A stretch of DNA of 40,640 bases from Gaiellaceae bacterium (GTDB lineage Bacteria; Actinomycetota; Thermoleophilia; Gaiellales; Gaiellaceae). Below, piece by piece: positions 1 through 7,938 of the stretch. The stretch is from positions 1 through 40,640 of the forward strand of contig DATEPQ010000037.1 in the NCBI GenBank assembly GCA_035273125.1, read 5' to 3'. Numbering within the stretch: position 1 is the stretch's first letter; every line of letters begins with the position of its first letter. The position numbers were made by a program, and so were the translations under genes. The notes beneath the pieces are model-generated. The model did no database searches, was not told where the DNA came from, and saw only the letters and a list, made by a program, of their open reading frames with translations.

Positions 1-552
1 GCGACGAACTGGGAGAGCCCGAGCGGAAAGAGGCGGAAGCCGATTCCCGGCTCCGGGAAGAGCATCGTGACGCGGCAGCCGTTGCCGACGAGGCCGGCCG
101 CGATCTCCGAGCCGATGAAGCCGCCGCCGATCACGACGACGTGCGATCCCTCGGGCGCGATCTCGCGCAGGCGGCGGTAGTCATCGAGGGTGCGGTACCA
201 GATGACTCCCTCCGCGCCGGGGATCTCGCGCGGCTTGGCGCCGGTGGCGAGCAGGAGCTTCTCCCACGCGTACTCCTCGCCCGCGTCGTCCGTGGCCGTG
301 TGCGCTGCAAGGTCGAGCGAGACGATGCGGCGGCCGGTGACCAGCTCTGTCCCCTCGGCGGGCTCGCGCCACAGCTTCTCCTCCGGTGCGCCCTGCCACA
401 GGCCCTTCGTGAGCAGCGGCCGCTTGTACGGCGGGTTGGGCTCGGCGCCGATCATCGTGATCGAGCCCACGGAGTCGTGCTCGCCGATGCCTTTCGCCGC
501 CATGTCGCCGGTCATCCCGGCGCCGACGATCAGGTACTTGGTGGTTTTCATC
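1..552 (-). CDS. NAD(P)/FAD-dependent pyridine nucleotide-disulfide oxidoreductase (ferredoxin-reductase/AIF-like). The 3' end is cut by the window edge and there is an apparent 1-nt frame break just after the start.
   Basis: Absent from the ORF track because it runs off the window. My minus-strand translation reads ..KYLIVGAGMTGDMAAKGIGE.. (GxGxxG) and ..GSHVVVIGGGFIGSEIAAGLVGNG.. (second Rossmann motif). ATG 552-550 has a good SD (AAGAGGG, 5 nt upstream) but is one base out of frame with the Rossmann motif. The first in-frame canonical ATG is 515-513, inside the GxGxxG motif. The gene lies 27 nt downstream of the anti-sigma gene on the same strand. Confidence 0.7.
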
Positions 553-579
553 TCAGCCCTCTTTTCAGGAGACACGCAG

Positions 580-813
580 TTAGGAGACAGAGTCGAGCTC
601 GAGCAGTGCGCGCAGGCTCTCGTGCTCCTCCGCGCAGGCGGGACAGCCGACGAGGTGGGCGCGCAGGCCCGGGACGAGCTCGTCGGCGGGAGCGCCTGCG
701 AGCTGGAGCTCGACGTAGCGGTCGAGCTGCGCGAAGCACTCGTCGCAGTCGATCTCCGGCTCGTCGCTGCCGAGCAGGCGCTTGAGAGCCGGATCGAGGT
801 CGCGGCCGGTCAT
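580..813 (-). CDS. Small soluble zinc-binding anti-sigma factor (ZAS/RsrA-like), 77 aa
   Basis: Carries the HxxxCxxC motif (AHLVGCPAC) plus an upstream CDEC, and has no TM segment. Its start overlaps the stop of the upstream ECF sigma gene (ATGA at 810-813). Confidence 0.7.
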   Translation of the reverse strand: MTGRDLDPALKRLLGSDEPEIDCDECFAQLDRYVELQLAGAPADELVPGLRAHLVGCPACAEEHESLRALLELDSVS

Positions 814-1460
814 TCGTTCACCTCCGGGAATCCCGCAGCGGCGACGTGCGCTCGCAGGCGCCGCCGTGCGTCGTGGAGCAGCTTGTAGAGCGCGTTCCGG
901 TTCGAGTCGAGGCGCTCGGCCAGGACGTCGATCGGGACGCCTTCGAGGACGGTGGCGACGAGCACCTGCCGCTGCCGGGGGGTCAGCGCGGTCCGGATGC
1001 CTTCGCGGACAGCCTCGAGCAGCGCTTCGTTCTCGGCGTCGTCGTCCGGGCCCGGCCCCGCGTGAGCGAGACTCTCCCAGCGCTCGGGCTCGAGGGTCAC
1101 CTCGCGATCGCGCCAGGCGCGGCGGCGCACTTTCACGGCCGCCTCGAGCAGCGCGAACTTGTATGCCCAGGTCCGGAAGCTGCTCTCACCCCGGAAGTCG
1201 TCGAGGCGGCGCAGCACTGAGACGGCTGCGTCGTCGGCGGCATCCTGGGCGAGCTCGTCCAGCTCGGCCGCAGAGAGCTGGGGGAGAGAGCCCCGGCGGC
1301 GGAACACCTCGAACCGCGCCGCCCGCAGGAGGAGCCCGTGCAGGCGGGCCACCGCCTCCTCACGTGGGGCACCCTGCGCATGCAGGTCGAGGTGCCATTC
1401 CTCGAGCCCGGGTGCTGTTGCGAGCGCGCTCACATCAGGATTAGTGTCGGGAGCGGGCAA
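810..1460 (-). CDS. ECF-type RNA polymerase sigma-70 family factor
   Basis: Region 2 is recognisable (..DDFRGESSFRTWAYKFALLEA..). Region 4 HTH is recognisable (LTPRQRQVLVATVLEGVPIDVLAERLDSNRNALYKLLHDARRRLR). Translationally coupled to the anti-sigma gene. Confidence 0.85.
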   Translation of the reverse strand: MPAPDTNPDVSALATAPGLEEWHLDLHAQGAPREEAVARLHGLLLRAARFEVFRRRGSLPQLSAAELDELAQDAADDAAVSVLRRLDDFRGESSFRTWAYKFALLEAAVKVRRRAWRDREVTLEPERWESLAHAGPGPDDDAENEALLEAVREGIRTALTPRQRQVLVATVLEGVPIDVLAERLDSNRNALYKLLHDARRRLRAHVAAAGFPEVNE

Positions 1461-1490
1461 GTTCTTACCTTCTACCGGCGCGAACGCGCG

Positions 1491-1730
1491 CTACGCGGTG
1501 GCCAGAGCAGCTGTCCGCTCCGCCATCTCGCGATCCTTATCGGTGATCCCGCCCTCGGAATGCGTCGTCCAGCGCACGGTGACCTTGCGATAGCGGATGT
1601 CGATGTCGGGGTGGTGATTCTCGCCCTCGGCCAGCTCTGCCAGCCGGTCGACGAACGCGATCGCCGCGGGGAACGAGGGGAGCTCGAACTCCCGCACGAG
1701 GGCGTTGTCCCGCTCCTCCCAGCCGTCCAC
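1491..1730 (-). CDS. 4a-hydroxytetrahydrobiopterin dehydratase (PCD/DCoH family)
   Basis: 79 aa. Contains the characteristic ..FVDRLAELAEGENHHPDIDIRYRKVTVRWTTHSEGGIT.. (HHPD core). Confidence 0.85.
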   Translation of the reverse strand: MDGWEERDNALVREFELPSFPAAIAFVDRLAELAEGENHHPDIDIRYRKVTVRWTTHSEGGITDKDREMAERTAALATA

Positions 1731-1791
1731 GCCTGGAGTATTACCGCCGCGGGACGCGCGGAGTCGCCTCGTTCGTACGACACTTGGAGGA

Positions 1792-2316
1792 GTGCGTGAA
1801 CCGAGTGACCGAGACCTCGTGCGGCGGGCGCGTCGTGGCGACCGCGAAGCTGCTTCCCTGCTGTTCCGGCGCTACTGGCGGGACGCCTGGCGCGCTGCGT
1901 ACGCGATCACGGGCCGGCGCTCGCTCGCGGACGACGTGGCCGCGGACGGCTTCGAACGCGCCTTCGCGGCGCTGGGCCGGTTCGACGACCGCCGTCCCTT
2001 CGGGCCCTGGCTCCACCGGATCGTCGCGAACCGTGCGCTCGACCTGTTGCGCGCCGAGCGTCGGCTCTCCGACGAGGAGCTGCCCGACACGCCGGATCTC
2101 GCGCCCGCCCATGCGACAGGAGACCGGGGGCTCCTCGTGGCGGTGGGCGACCTGTCGCTCGAGCGGCGCGTCGTCGTCGTCCTCCGCTACGGAGTCGGGA
2201 TGACGCCGAAGCAGATCGCGGAGGCGCTCGACCTTCCGGTCGGCACAGTCAACTCCCGTCTCGCCCGCGCGCTGGAGCAGTTGCGCGAGACGTTGGAGGT
2301 CGAGCATGTCGAGTGA
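1792..2316 (+). CDS. ECF-type RNA polymerase sigma factor
   Basis: DLVRRARRGDREAASLLFRRYW.. (region 2) and MTPKQIAEALDLPVGTVNSRLARALEQLR (region 4). The track ORF starts at 1705, but that would overlap the divergent PCD gene. In-frame GTG 1792 gives a typical ECF N-terminus. Start uncertain. Confidence 0.85.
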   Translation: MREPSDRDLVRRARRGDREAASLLFRRYWRDAWRAAYAITGRRSLADDVAADGFERAFAALGRFDDRRPFGPWLHRIVANRALDLLRAERRLSDEELPDTPDLAPAHATGDRGLLVAVGDLSLERRVVVVLRYGVGMTPKQIAEALDLPVGTVNSRLARALEQLRETLEVEHVE

Positions 2317-3373
2317 GCTGGAACGGCGACTGGAGGCGATGTTCGCCGAGGCCCCGGAGCCCGATCCGGGAGCGGGGGAGGAGGCGCTGCACAAGGCGCT
2401 GCGCGGCCTACGGCCGGTGGCGGCTTCTCACCGTGGTGTGCGTGCGGCCGTTCTCGCGTTCGCGGCGGTGGTGGTCCTGCTCGTGATCGCCGCCGGCTCG
2501 CTCGCCGCGGCCGGCGCGCTCCACGTCAGCATCGGTGCGAAGCCGAAGCCGCGGCCGGCCCCCGTGCTGACCCTCCCCAGGGGCGCGAACGGCGTCGCCG
2601 CGATCGTCGATGGCCGCCTGTCCGTCGTCGCCCGAAGCGGCTTCGTTTCGCAAGTGCCGGCGAGGGCCGCGGCACTCTCGCCGCACGCGCTCTACGTCGC
2701 GGCGGGCATCGGCAACACCCTCGTCGCCATGGCACCCGACGGGCGCCGGGCCTGGTCGCATCCCGCCGGCGGGAGGGTGGTTGCCATCGCCTGGGCACCG
2801 GACGGATTCCGGATCGCCTACGTCGTCCACGCCGGGCGCCGCTTCGTGCTGCACGTCATCTACGGAAACGGCATCCACGACGTCACCATCGACCGCTCGG
2901 TGCGGGCCGTCAGGCCCTCCTGGCGCGCCGACAGCCTCGCCTTCGCCTACGTGGGCGGTGGCGGACGTGCGGTGGTCTACGACCTCGGGCATCAGTCGAG
3001 AGAGGTCGTCGCGGTCGCTCCCCCCGTGGCCGCCGTCGCGTTTGCACCGTCGGGAGATGCGATCGCTCTGCAGGGGAGGACAGGCGTGTCGCTGCTGGAG
3101 CAATCGGCCTACCGTCACATCGCGGCGGACGTGGAGGCATTCGGCTGGCTCCACGGGCGGTTGGCCGTGGCGGTGCCCGGGCCGGGCTCGTCGGTGATCC
3201 GTCTCTTCGCCCCCGACGGGGCCTCGCGTGGCTCGTCCCGAGTACGAGGCGTCGTGCGGGCCGTCACCCCGAAGGCCGTCGTCGTCCAGAGGAAGCGGAA
3301 TCTCGTAGCGGGGCACACGACGCTGTTCGCAATCCCGCCAGGCGCGACGGTCCGCGGCCTCGAGATCGGCTAG
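2306..3373 (+). CDS. Single-pass membrane protein with an extracytoplasmic beta-propeller-like domain; putative anti-sigma factor of the upstream ECF sigma
   Basis: Overlaps the sigma stop by 11 nt. Short cytoplasmic N-terminus, one TM (AAVLAFAAVVVLLVIAAGSLAAAGAL). Repeated WAPDG / AFAPSG / LFAPDG TolB/WD40-like strands follow. Confidence 0.6.
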   Translation: MSSELERRLEAMFAEAPEPDPGAGEEALHKALRGLRPVAASHRGVRAAVLAFAAVVVLLVIAAGSLAAAGALHVSIGAKPKPRPAPVLTLPRGANGVAAIVDGRLSVVARSGFVSQVPARAAALSPHALYVAAGIGNTLVAMAPDGRRAWSHPAGGRVVAIAWAPDGFRIAYVVHAGRRFVLHVIYGNGIHDVTIDRSVRAVRPSWRADSLAFAYVGGGGRAVVYDLGHQSREVVAVAPPVAAVAFAPSGDAIALQGRTGVSLLEQSAYRHIAADVEAFGWLHGRLAVAVPGPGSSVIRLFAPDGASRGSSRVRGVVRAVTPKAVVVQRKRNLVAGHTTLFAIPPGATVRGLEIG

Positions 3374-4335
3374 CCGGGCCAGAGGGAGATCGCGACGTAC
3401 CGGGTAACCGGCGCGAGCTTCGTCGTCCACATGCGCTTCAGCGTGCCCGCCCGGAGTTCCGTGACGTAGCCGGTCAGAACCGAGCTCGTGACGACGTTCC
3501 CACCCAGCGTCGCGAGGTTGAACGAGCCGTACGGCATCCGGACCGAGCCGTGGCGCCCGTACGTCCGCCACGAAATGGCTTCCAGGGAGGAGCCGTAGCC
3601 GCTCGTGATGAGCGCGCGCTTGCCCGAGAAACCGATCTCCTGCGGGCCCTTGGCGGCTGCGATCCTGCGCACGACTGCGCCGGTCGCGGCGTCGAACACG
3701 GTCACGAACGGCGCCGCGGAGGAGCTGACCCAGACCGTCCTGCCGCTCGGCGAGAACTCGATGCCGTGGGCGGTCACTCGCGGATGGATCCGGCCGGCGA
3801 CGCGCGGCCGCCGCCGGTTCGAGGTATCCACGCGCACGATCGTGGTCGCGGTCTCGCCCAGGGCGACCCAGAGCCGCTTCCCATCCGGGCTGAAGTCGAG
3901 ATGGTGCGCCTTGGCTCCGACGAACAGGCGGCGCACGATGCGGCGCCTTCTGAGGTCCACGACCACGAGCCTGCCACTGCCCGCGTCGGAGACGTATGCG
4001 TACCTGTCGCCCGGCGCGATTGCGGCCACCTCGGGTCGGACGAAGCCGCGGAGCACCTTCAGCGGCCTGAGCGAGTGCCAGGCGAGCAGCGTCACCGTCC
4101 CGCGGGGGTCGACGACGACCGCCGGGCCGTGCAGCGGGGCCGCGACCATCAGCGGATCGTCGAGGCGGATCCGCTCGAGAACCTTGCCGCCGCGCGGACC
4201 GAGCGAGACCGCGAGCACCTCGTTCGAGGCCTCGGCGACCACGAGAGCGACGGGGCGTCCGCCGGACGTCGCTGCGACGGAAGAGGGGAGAAGGAGCGCG
4301 ACGGTCGCTGCAGTGAGAAAGAGGATCCTGCGCAT
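3370..4335 (-). CDS. Secreted beta-propeller repeat protein (YncE/YVTN-like)
   Basis: N-terminal signal peptide (MRRILFLTAATVALLLPSSVAA). Repeated ..YVSDAGSGRLVVVD.., ..FSPDGKRLWVA.., ..FSPSGRTVWVSS.. blades. Confidence 0.65.
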   Translation of the reverse strand: MRRILFLTAATVALLLPSSVAATSGGRPVALVVAEASNEVLAVSLGPRGGKVLERIRLDDPLMVAAPLHGPAVVVDPRGTVTLLAWHSLRPLKVLRGFVRPEVAAIAPGDRYAYVSDAGSGRLVVVDLRRRRIVRRLFVGAKAHHLDFSPDGKRLWVALGETATTIVRVDTSNRRRPRVAGRIHPRVTAHGIEFSPSGRTVWVSSSAAPFVTVFDAATGAVVRRIAAAKGPQEIGFSGKRALITSGYGSSLEAISWRTYGRHGSVRMPYGSFNLATLGGNVVTSSVLTGYVTELRAGTLKRMWTTKLAPVTRYVAISLWPG

Positions 4336-4394
4336 GCCAGCGATACGCGGGAGCAGTGCCGGGCGGTCCCGGGTGAGCTACGGTTGTCCCGCTG

Positions 4395-4469
4395 CGGGGC
4401 GTGGCGCAGCTTGGTTAGCGCGTCGGTCTGGGGGACCGAAGGTCGCCGGTTCGAATCCGGCCGCCCCGA
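4395..4469 (+). tRNA. tRNA-Pro (anticodon GGG)
   Basis: Hand-folded cloverleaf. Acceptor CGGGGCG/CGCCCCG, D arm GCGC-AGCTTGGTTA-GCGC. Anticodon stem TCGGT/ACCGA with loop CT-GGG-GG. T arm GCCGG-TTCGAAT-CCGGC, discriminator A. No encoded CCA. Confidence 0.9.
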
Positions 4470-4656
4470 TTGCGAGGTGCGACCCTAGCGACGGGGCGCG
4501 TGTCCGAGCGCTCCGGGTTTCCTCGTGTCCGCTATTGGGCTCCGTCGTCTCCTATGCGGCGATGATCGTGGGCATCCTCTGGATCTGGAGCAGGGATCTT
4601 CGCGGCGTGGAGGTCACTCCTGAACGGGCCCAACAAGCGGGCATCAGCGGGGAGGA

Positions 4657-4881
4657 CTAATCGGGTGGGTTGACGGCAAAGGACACACTCAGCCAAACGA
4701 CCGCCCCACAGACGAAGAGTCCGAGGACGATGGCCGAGACGGCGCAGACTCTGGTCCGCGTATCGAGGGCGCCACGGAGCGCATTCACCCCGAGGAGGAC
4801 ACCCGCGACCCCTGCGAGCGGCGCAAGCAAGAAGAGCGGCCCAACCGCGATCCCGGCAAGCGCAGAAACAAGGGCGAGCAC
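4657..4881 (-). CDS. Small two-TM membrane protein (hypothetical)
   Basis: GTG-start ORF, 74 aa, hydrophobic throughout. The frame stays open upstream with no canonical start. Start and authenticity uncertain. Confidence 0.45.
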   Translation of the reverse strand: MLALVSALAGIAVGPLFLLAPLAGVAGVLLGVNALRGALDTRTRVCAVSAIVLGLFVCGAVVWLSVSFAVNPPD

Positions 4882-5038
4882 GGCCAGACCGAGCGCACGG
4901 AATGCGCGGCGTCTAGCCAGGTAGTAGCTGTCGATCGAGCTGTTCAGCCGGCCGTATGAAACAACAAGCCTCCTGGGAACTTCCGTACGACGAGCCCCGC
5001 CTCGAACCAGGGGCCGTCGTCGACGAGGATTCGAGACC

Positions 5039-5929
5039 GTGACTCCGGGGCTACCGTCATGGACTGACGCATGGTGCCGCGAGTTTCTGGGCGCGGCACC
5101 GGTGCAGGTCCTGTTCTGTGTTTCCCACTTGTCCGAGGTCGTCGGTGCCGTGCTTGCCGACGGTCGCGAGGTAGTGATGAAGCGACGCGTGGATGAATCA
5201 GGGCGAGCAGATCGCTGCGTTCGGGCACAGAAGCTGCTCGCCGAGCAAGGCTTTCCCTGTCCGATGCCGTTGACCGACGTGATCCTGGACGACGGTGTCG
5301 CGGTTCACGCGGAGCGGTTTGTCCGAGACGGTGAGCTCGAGAGCGACGACACACCGGCCGCTGCCGCAGGGTCGGCCATGCTCTTCGCCGATCTCCTGCG
5401 CCTCCTACGGGGCTTCGACCTCGATCCGCCGCTGCCGAATCCGGAATGGGTGCGCTGGGACTCTCCGCCCGAGCGGCAGACAAGCGCACGTGTCCCTTCC
5501 TGGATCGCAGACACAGCCCAGCGAGTCCAGACGAAGCTGGCCGAGTCCGCTCTACCAGACGTGCTCGGTCACGCCGACTGGGAGGCCCAAAACATGCGCT
5601 GGCGAAACGACGAACCCCTCGCGGTCCACGACTGGGACAGCCTGGCCTGGCTCCCCGAAGCAGCGCTGGCAGGCACCGCCGCCGGCGTCTTCGCCAGCCA
5701 CGGCCAGCCAACCCTCGCACCGGTCGCAAGCTCCGCAGCCTTCCTCGACACCTACGAAACCGCACGCGGAGTCCCCTTCTCACCGCACGAGACCGAGATC
5801 GCCTGGGCGGCAAGCATCTGGGTCGCCCTCCACAACGCCCGCGACGAACTGGTCTACAACCGTCCCAGGCTCAGCTACGAGACCCTGAGAGCGCAGCGAA
5901 CCGAGCGCCTGACCCTGGCCCGCGCATAG
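5039..5929 (+). CDS. Phosphotransferase enzyme family protein (aminoglycoside/choline kinase-like fold)
   Basis: Kinase-like catalytic and Mg loops: VLGHADWEAQNMRW (HxDxxxxN) and AVHDWDS (DWD). GTG start. Confidence 0.65.
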   Translation: MTPGLPSWTDAWCREFLGAAPVQVLFCVSHLSEVVGAVLADGREVVMKRRVDESGRADRCVRAQKLLAEQGFPCPMPLTDVILDDGVAVHAERFVRDGELESDDTPAAAAGSAMLFADLLRLLRGFDLDPPLPNPEWVRWDSPPERQTSARVPSWIADTAQRVQTKLAESALPDVLGHADWEAQNMRWRNDEPLAVHDWDSLAWLPEAALAGTAAGVFASHGQPTLAPVASSAAFLDTYETARGVPFSPHETEIAWAASIWVALHNARDELVYNRPRLSYETLRAQRTERLTLARA

Positions 5930-5979
5930 TTCGGTTGGCCCCGACGCTAGTTGCCGGGGCCGCCCGAGACGATCGACTA

Positions 5980-6342
5980 CTACTTGCGAGGCGGAGGGTT
6001 GCCGCCTCCGAAGTTGTCCGGATTCTGCGGATTGCATGCCGTTCCGGGATTTGGGACGACGTCTTTCAATCCAAGCCGGACATCCTGCCCATAGCTCTGC
6101 GTCCGACCACCGGGGCCGTTCGACGAGCCATCCGGATAGTCGTTCTGTCCGGAGTAGCTGCACCACGAGTTACCGTTCGACACGCGGGTCCCGGCCTCGG
6201 CCAGAGGGCCTTTGCAGTTCGCGGCCGCGGTCGCGCTGCCCGTGAAGGGGTCCACCGGTTGGCCCGCGCCGCAGTTGCCGGTCGACTCACCAGCGAACGC
6301 CACGCTCGCACCGAGACCGGCGACGGGTGCACGGACGCCCAC
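5980..6342 (-). CDS. Small secreted Gly/Asn/Pro-rich protein with 4 Cys (hypothetical)
   Basis: This is the C-terminal part of track ORF 5980..7161. In-frame GTG 6342 gives MGVRAPVAGLGASVAFA|GESTGNCG.. (short signal-like peptide ending AFA). It starts 22 nt after the amidohydrolase stop. Codon usage is less GC3-biased than neighbouring genes. Confidence 0.35.
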   Translation of the reverse strand: MGVRAPVAGLGASVAFAGESTGNCGAGQPVDPFTGSATAAANCKGPLAEAGTRVSNGNSWCSYSGQNDYPDGSSNGPGGRTQSYGQDVRLGLKDVVPNPGTACNPQNPDNFGGGNPPPRK

Positions 6343-6364
6343 CTCAAGGCCGGTGGTTCCCGAT

Positions 6365-7369
6365 TCAGGCGACGAGGACGTCTGCGGAACAGCCGGCGAC
6401 GAGCGCGAGTCGCCAGTTCTCGACTCCGGCGAGCTGTTGGTGCTCGGTTTCGACCGCGACGTCCGGCCACGACTCGAGACCCAGCGCAATCGCCCCTTCC
6501 TCGGATCCGGTCCCGAGCAGCTGATCGACCGACAACACGTCGCGCCTGCCGGACTGGCGACGCGCGATGCCGTCGAGCTCGCGCAGCTCCTCGAGCGGGT
6601 CGATGCGGACATTCGAGTCGGAGCCGATGCAAAGCTCGATGCCGCGGTGGAGAAGCCGCTCGACCGGAAGGAAGCCGTCGCCGAGGTTCGCCTCGGTCGT
6701 GGGGCAGGCGCAAACGCGCGCGCCGGCCGCGGCGAGCAGGTCGAGCTCGTGGCCGTCGGCGTGGGTCGCGTGGACGACGGTCGTGCGCGGGCCGAGGCAG
6801 CCGCATGCGTCGAGCAGCTCGATCGGCCGCGCCCCGTGCTCGGCCAGGCACTCCTCGATCTCGCGCGGCTGCTCGTCGGCGTGGACATGCAGCGGCAGGT
6901 CGTGCTCCCTGGCGTAGCGGCCCAGTTCCTCGAGCCAGTCGGGGGGACACGCGCGCACGGAATGGGGCGCGACGCCCACCCGGACCCCGTCATTCCGCAG
7001 GTGCTCGAGCTCCTCCAGGTACGCCGCAACCGATTCCTGGCGGAAGCGTTCGATCCCCCCGCGCGCATAGGCCACGTGGAGAAGGACGAGCTCGATTCCG
7101 GCCTCGGCAGCCGCCTCGGCCGCCGCGCGCCCCTCGTCGAGGCCGAGGTAGTGGAACTCACCCACGGCCGTGTACCCCGCGTCGCGCAGCTCGCGGTAGA
7201 CGTCGACGTACTCGCGGCGCACCCGCTCGGGCGTCTGGGCGGCCGCGAGCTCGAGCATCGTCTCGCGCCACGCCCAGAAGTCGCCGCCCTCGACCCGGCC
7301 GCGCAGCGCCCGCTGGAAGGCGTGGCAATGGGCGTTCACGAAGCCGGGGATTCGAGGCAGCTCTGGCAC
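6365..7369 (-). CDS. Metal-dependent amidohydrolase, formimidoylglutamate deiminase (HutF)/aminohydrolase-like, compact form
   Basis: [17 protein letters not shown] (HxH metal motif), ..LHVHADEQ.., ..VVHATH.., ..CIGSDSN.. (Asp ligand). Only about 7 residues precede the HxH motif, so the usual N-terminal beta-sandwich is missing. Confidence 0.8.
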   Translation of the reverse strand: MPELPRIPGFVNAHCHAFQRALRGRVEGGDFWAWRETMLELAAAQTPERVRREYVDVYRELRDAGYTAVGEFHYLGLDEGRAAAEAAAEAGIELVLLHVAYARGGIERFRQESVAAYLEELEHLRNDGVRVGVAPHSVRACPPDWLEELGRYAREHDLPLHVHADEQPREIEECLAEHGARPIELLDACGCLGPRTTVVHATHADGHELDLLAAAGARVCACPTTEANLGDGFLPVERLLHRGIELCIGSDSNVRIDPLEELRELDGIARRQSGRRDVLSVDQLLGTGSEEGAIALGLESWPDVAVETEHQQLAGVENWRLALVAGCSADVLVA

Positions 7370-7386
7370 GCCCGTATCCTTTCCAC

Positions 7387-7938
7387 ATGGAGGCTCCGGC
7401 CGTGTCCCACCCGCTCGCGCAGCTGCCGAACGCGCTCACGCTCGCGCGGCTCGCCCTGATCCCGGTCTTCGTGGTGCTCATGGTGCGCGCGGGCCACAGG
7501 CCGAGCTGGCCGGCAGGAGTTGCGTTCGGCATCGCCGGGATCACCGACCAGGTGGACGGCTTCCTCGCTCGCCGCTGGCGCGTCGAGTCGCAGTTCGGCA
7601 AGGTCGCGGATCCGCTGGCCGACAGGCTGATGATCGACGCGGCGGTGATCCTCCTCGCCTACTACGACCGGCTGCCCTGGGTAGGACTCGCCGTGATCAT
7701 CGGACGCGACGTTCTCCTGCTCGCCGGCTCCGTCCTGCTGGCGCCGCGCGGCGTCGACGTCGAGGTCAACATCCTCGGCAAGGCAGCGACGTGGGTCCTC
7801 TATGCCGCGATCTTCTTCCGCATCGTGATCGAGCCGGCGACGAAGTGGCCGCTCTACCTCTTCTGGGCCGGGCTCGCGCTCGCCCTCGCGGCCGGCGTGT
7901 TGTACATCTGGACGGCGCGGAGAGAACTGCTGCGATGA
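7387..7938 (+). CDS. pgsA: CDP-alcohol phosphatidyltransferase (CDP-diacylglycerol--glycerol-3-phosphate 3-phosphatidyltransferase-like)
   Basis: This is the C-terminal part of the spurious long ORF 5446..7938. From ATG 7387: ..[12 protein letters not shown].. and the DG(x2)AR(x8)G(x3)D(x3)D motif ([29 protein letters not shown]). Confidence 0.85.
   Translation: MEAPAVSHPLAQLPNALTLARLALIPVFVVLMVRAGHRPSWPAGVAFGIAGITDQVDGFLARRWRVESQFGKVADPLADRLMIDAAVILLAYYDRLPWVGLAVIIGRDVLLLAGSVLLAPRGVDVEVNILGKAATWVLYAAIFFRIVIEPATKWPLYLFWAGLALALAAGVLYIWTARRELLR

Noticed and set aside
3367-3377. 11-mer palindrome CGGCTAGCCGG occurring twice (3367-3377 and 21259-21269), each time at a convergent gene junction
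   Set aside because: It is explained by overlapping TAG stop codons read on both strands within GC-rich flanks (CTAG). There is no extended similarity around the two sites, so it is not a repeat element.
4530-4660. Short plus-strand ORF (TTG..LGSVVSYAAMIVGILWIWSRDLRGVEVTPERAQQAGISGED) after tRNA-Pro
   Set aside because: It has one hydrophobic stretch only, no SD and no homology I recognise. It is probably chance or a gene remnant.
5436-5444. 9-nt match (CGAATCCGG) to the 3' end of tRNA-Pro as a possible att repeat delimiting an island
   Set aside because: It is too short to be significant in 40 kb, lies inside the phosphotransferase coding sequence, and no integrase is present.
5446-7938. 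830-aa plus-strand ORF, and similar very long ORFs (7854..10346 minus, 8030..10762 plus N-terminal part, 10773..12197 minus, 23453..24670 minus, 33000..35095 plus)
   Set aside because: Their translations are Arg/Ala/Pro/Gly low-complexity sequence typical of off-frame or antisense reading of GC-rich genes. Each is fully explained by well-supported genes in another frame. Only the C-terminal 183 aa of 5446..7938 (pgsA) and the last 80 aa of 8030..10762 are real.
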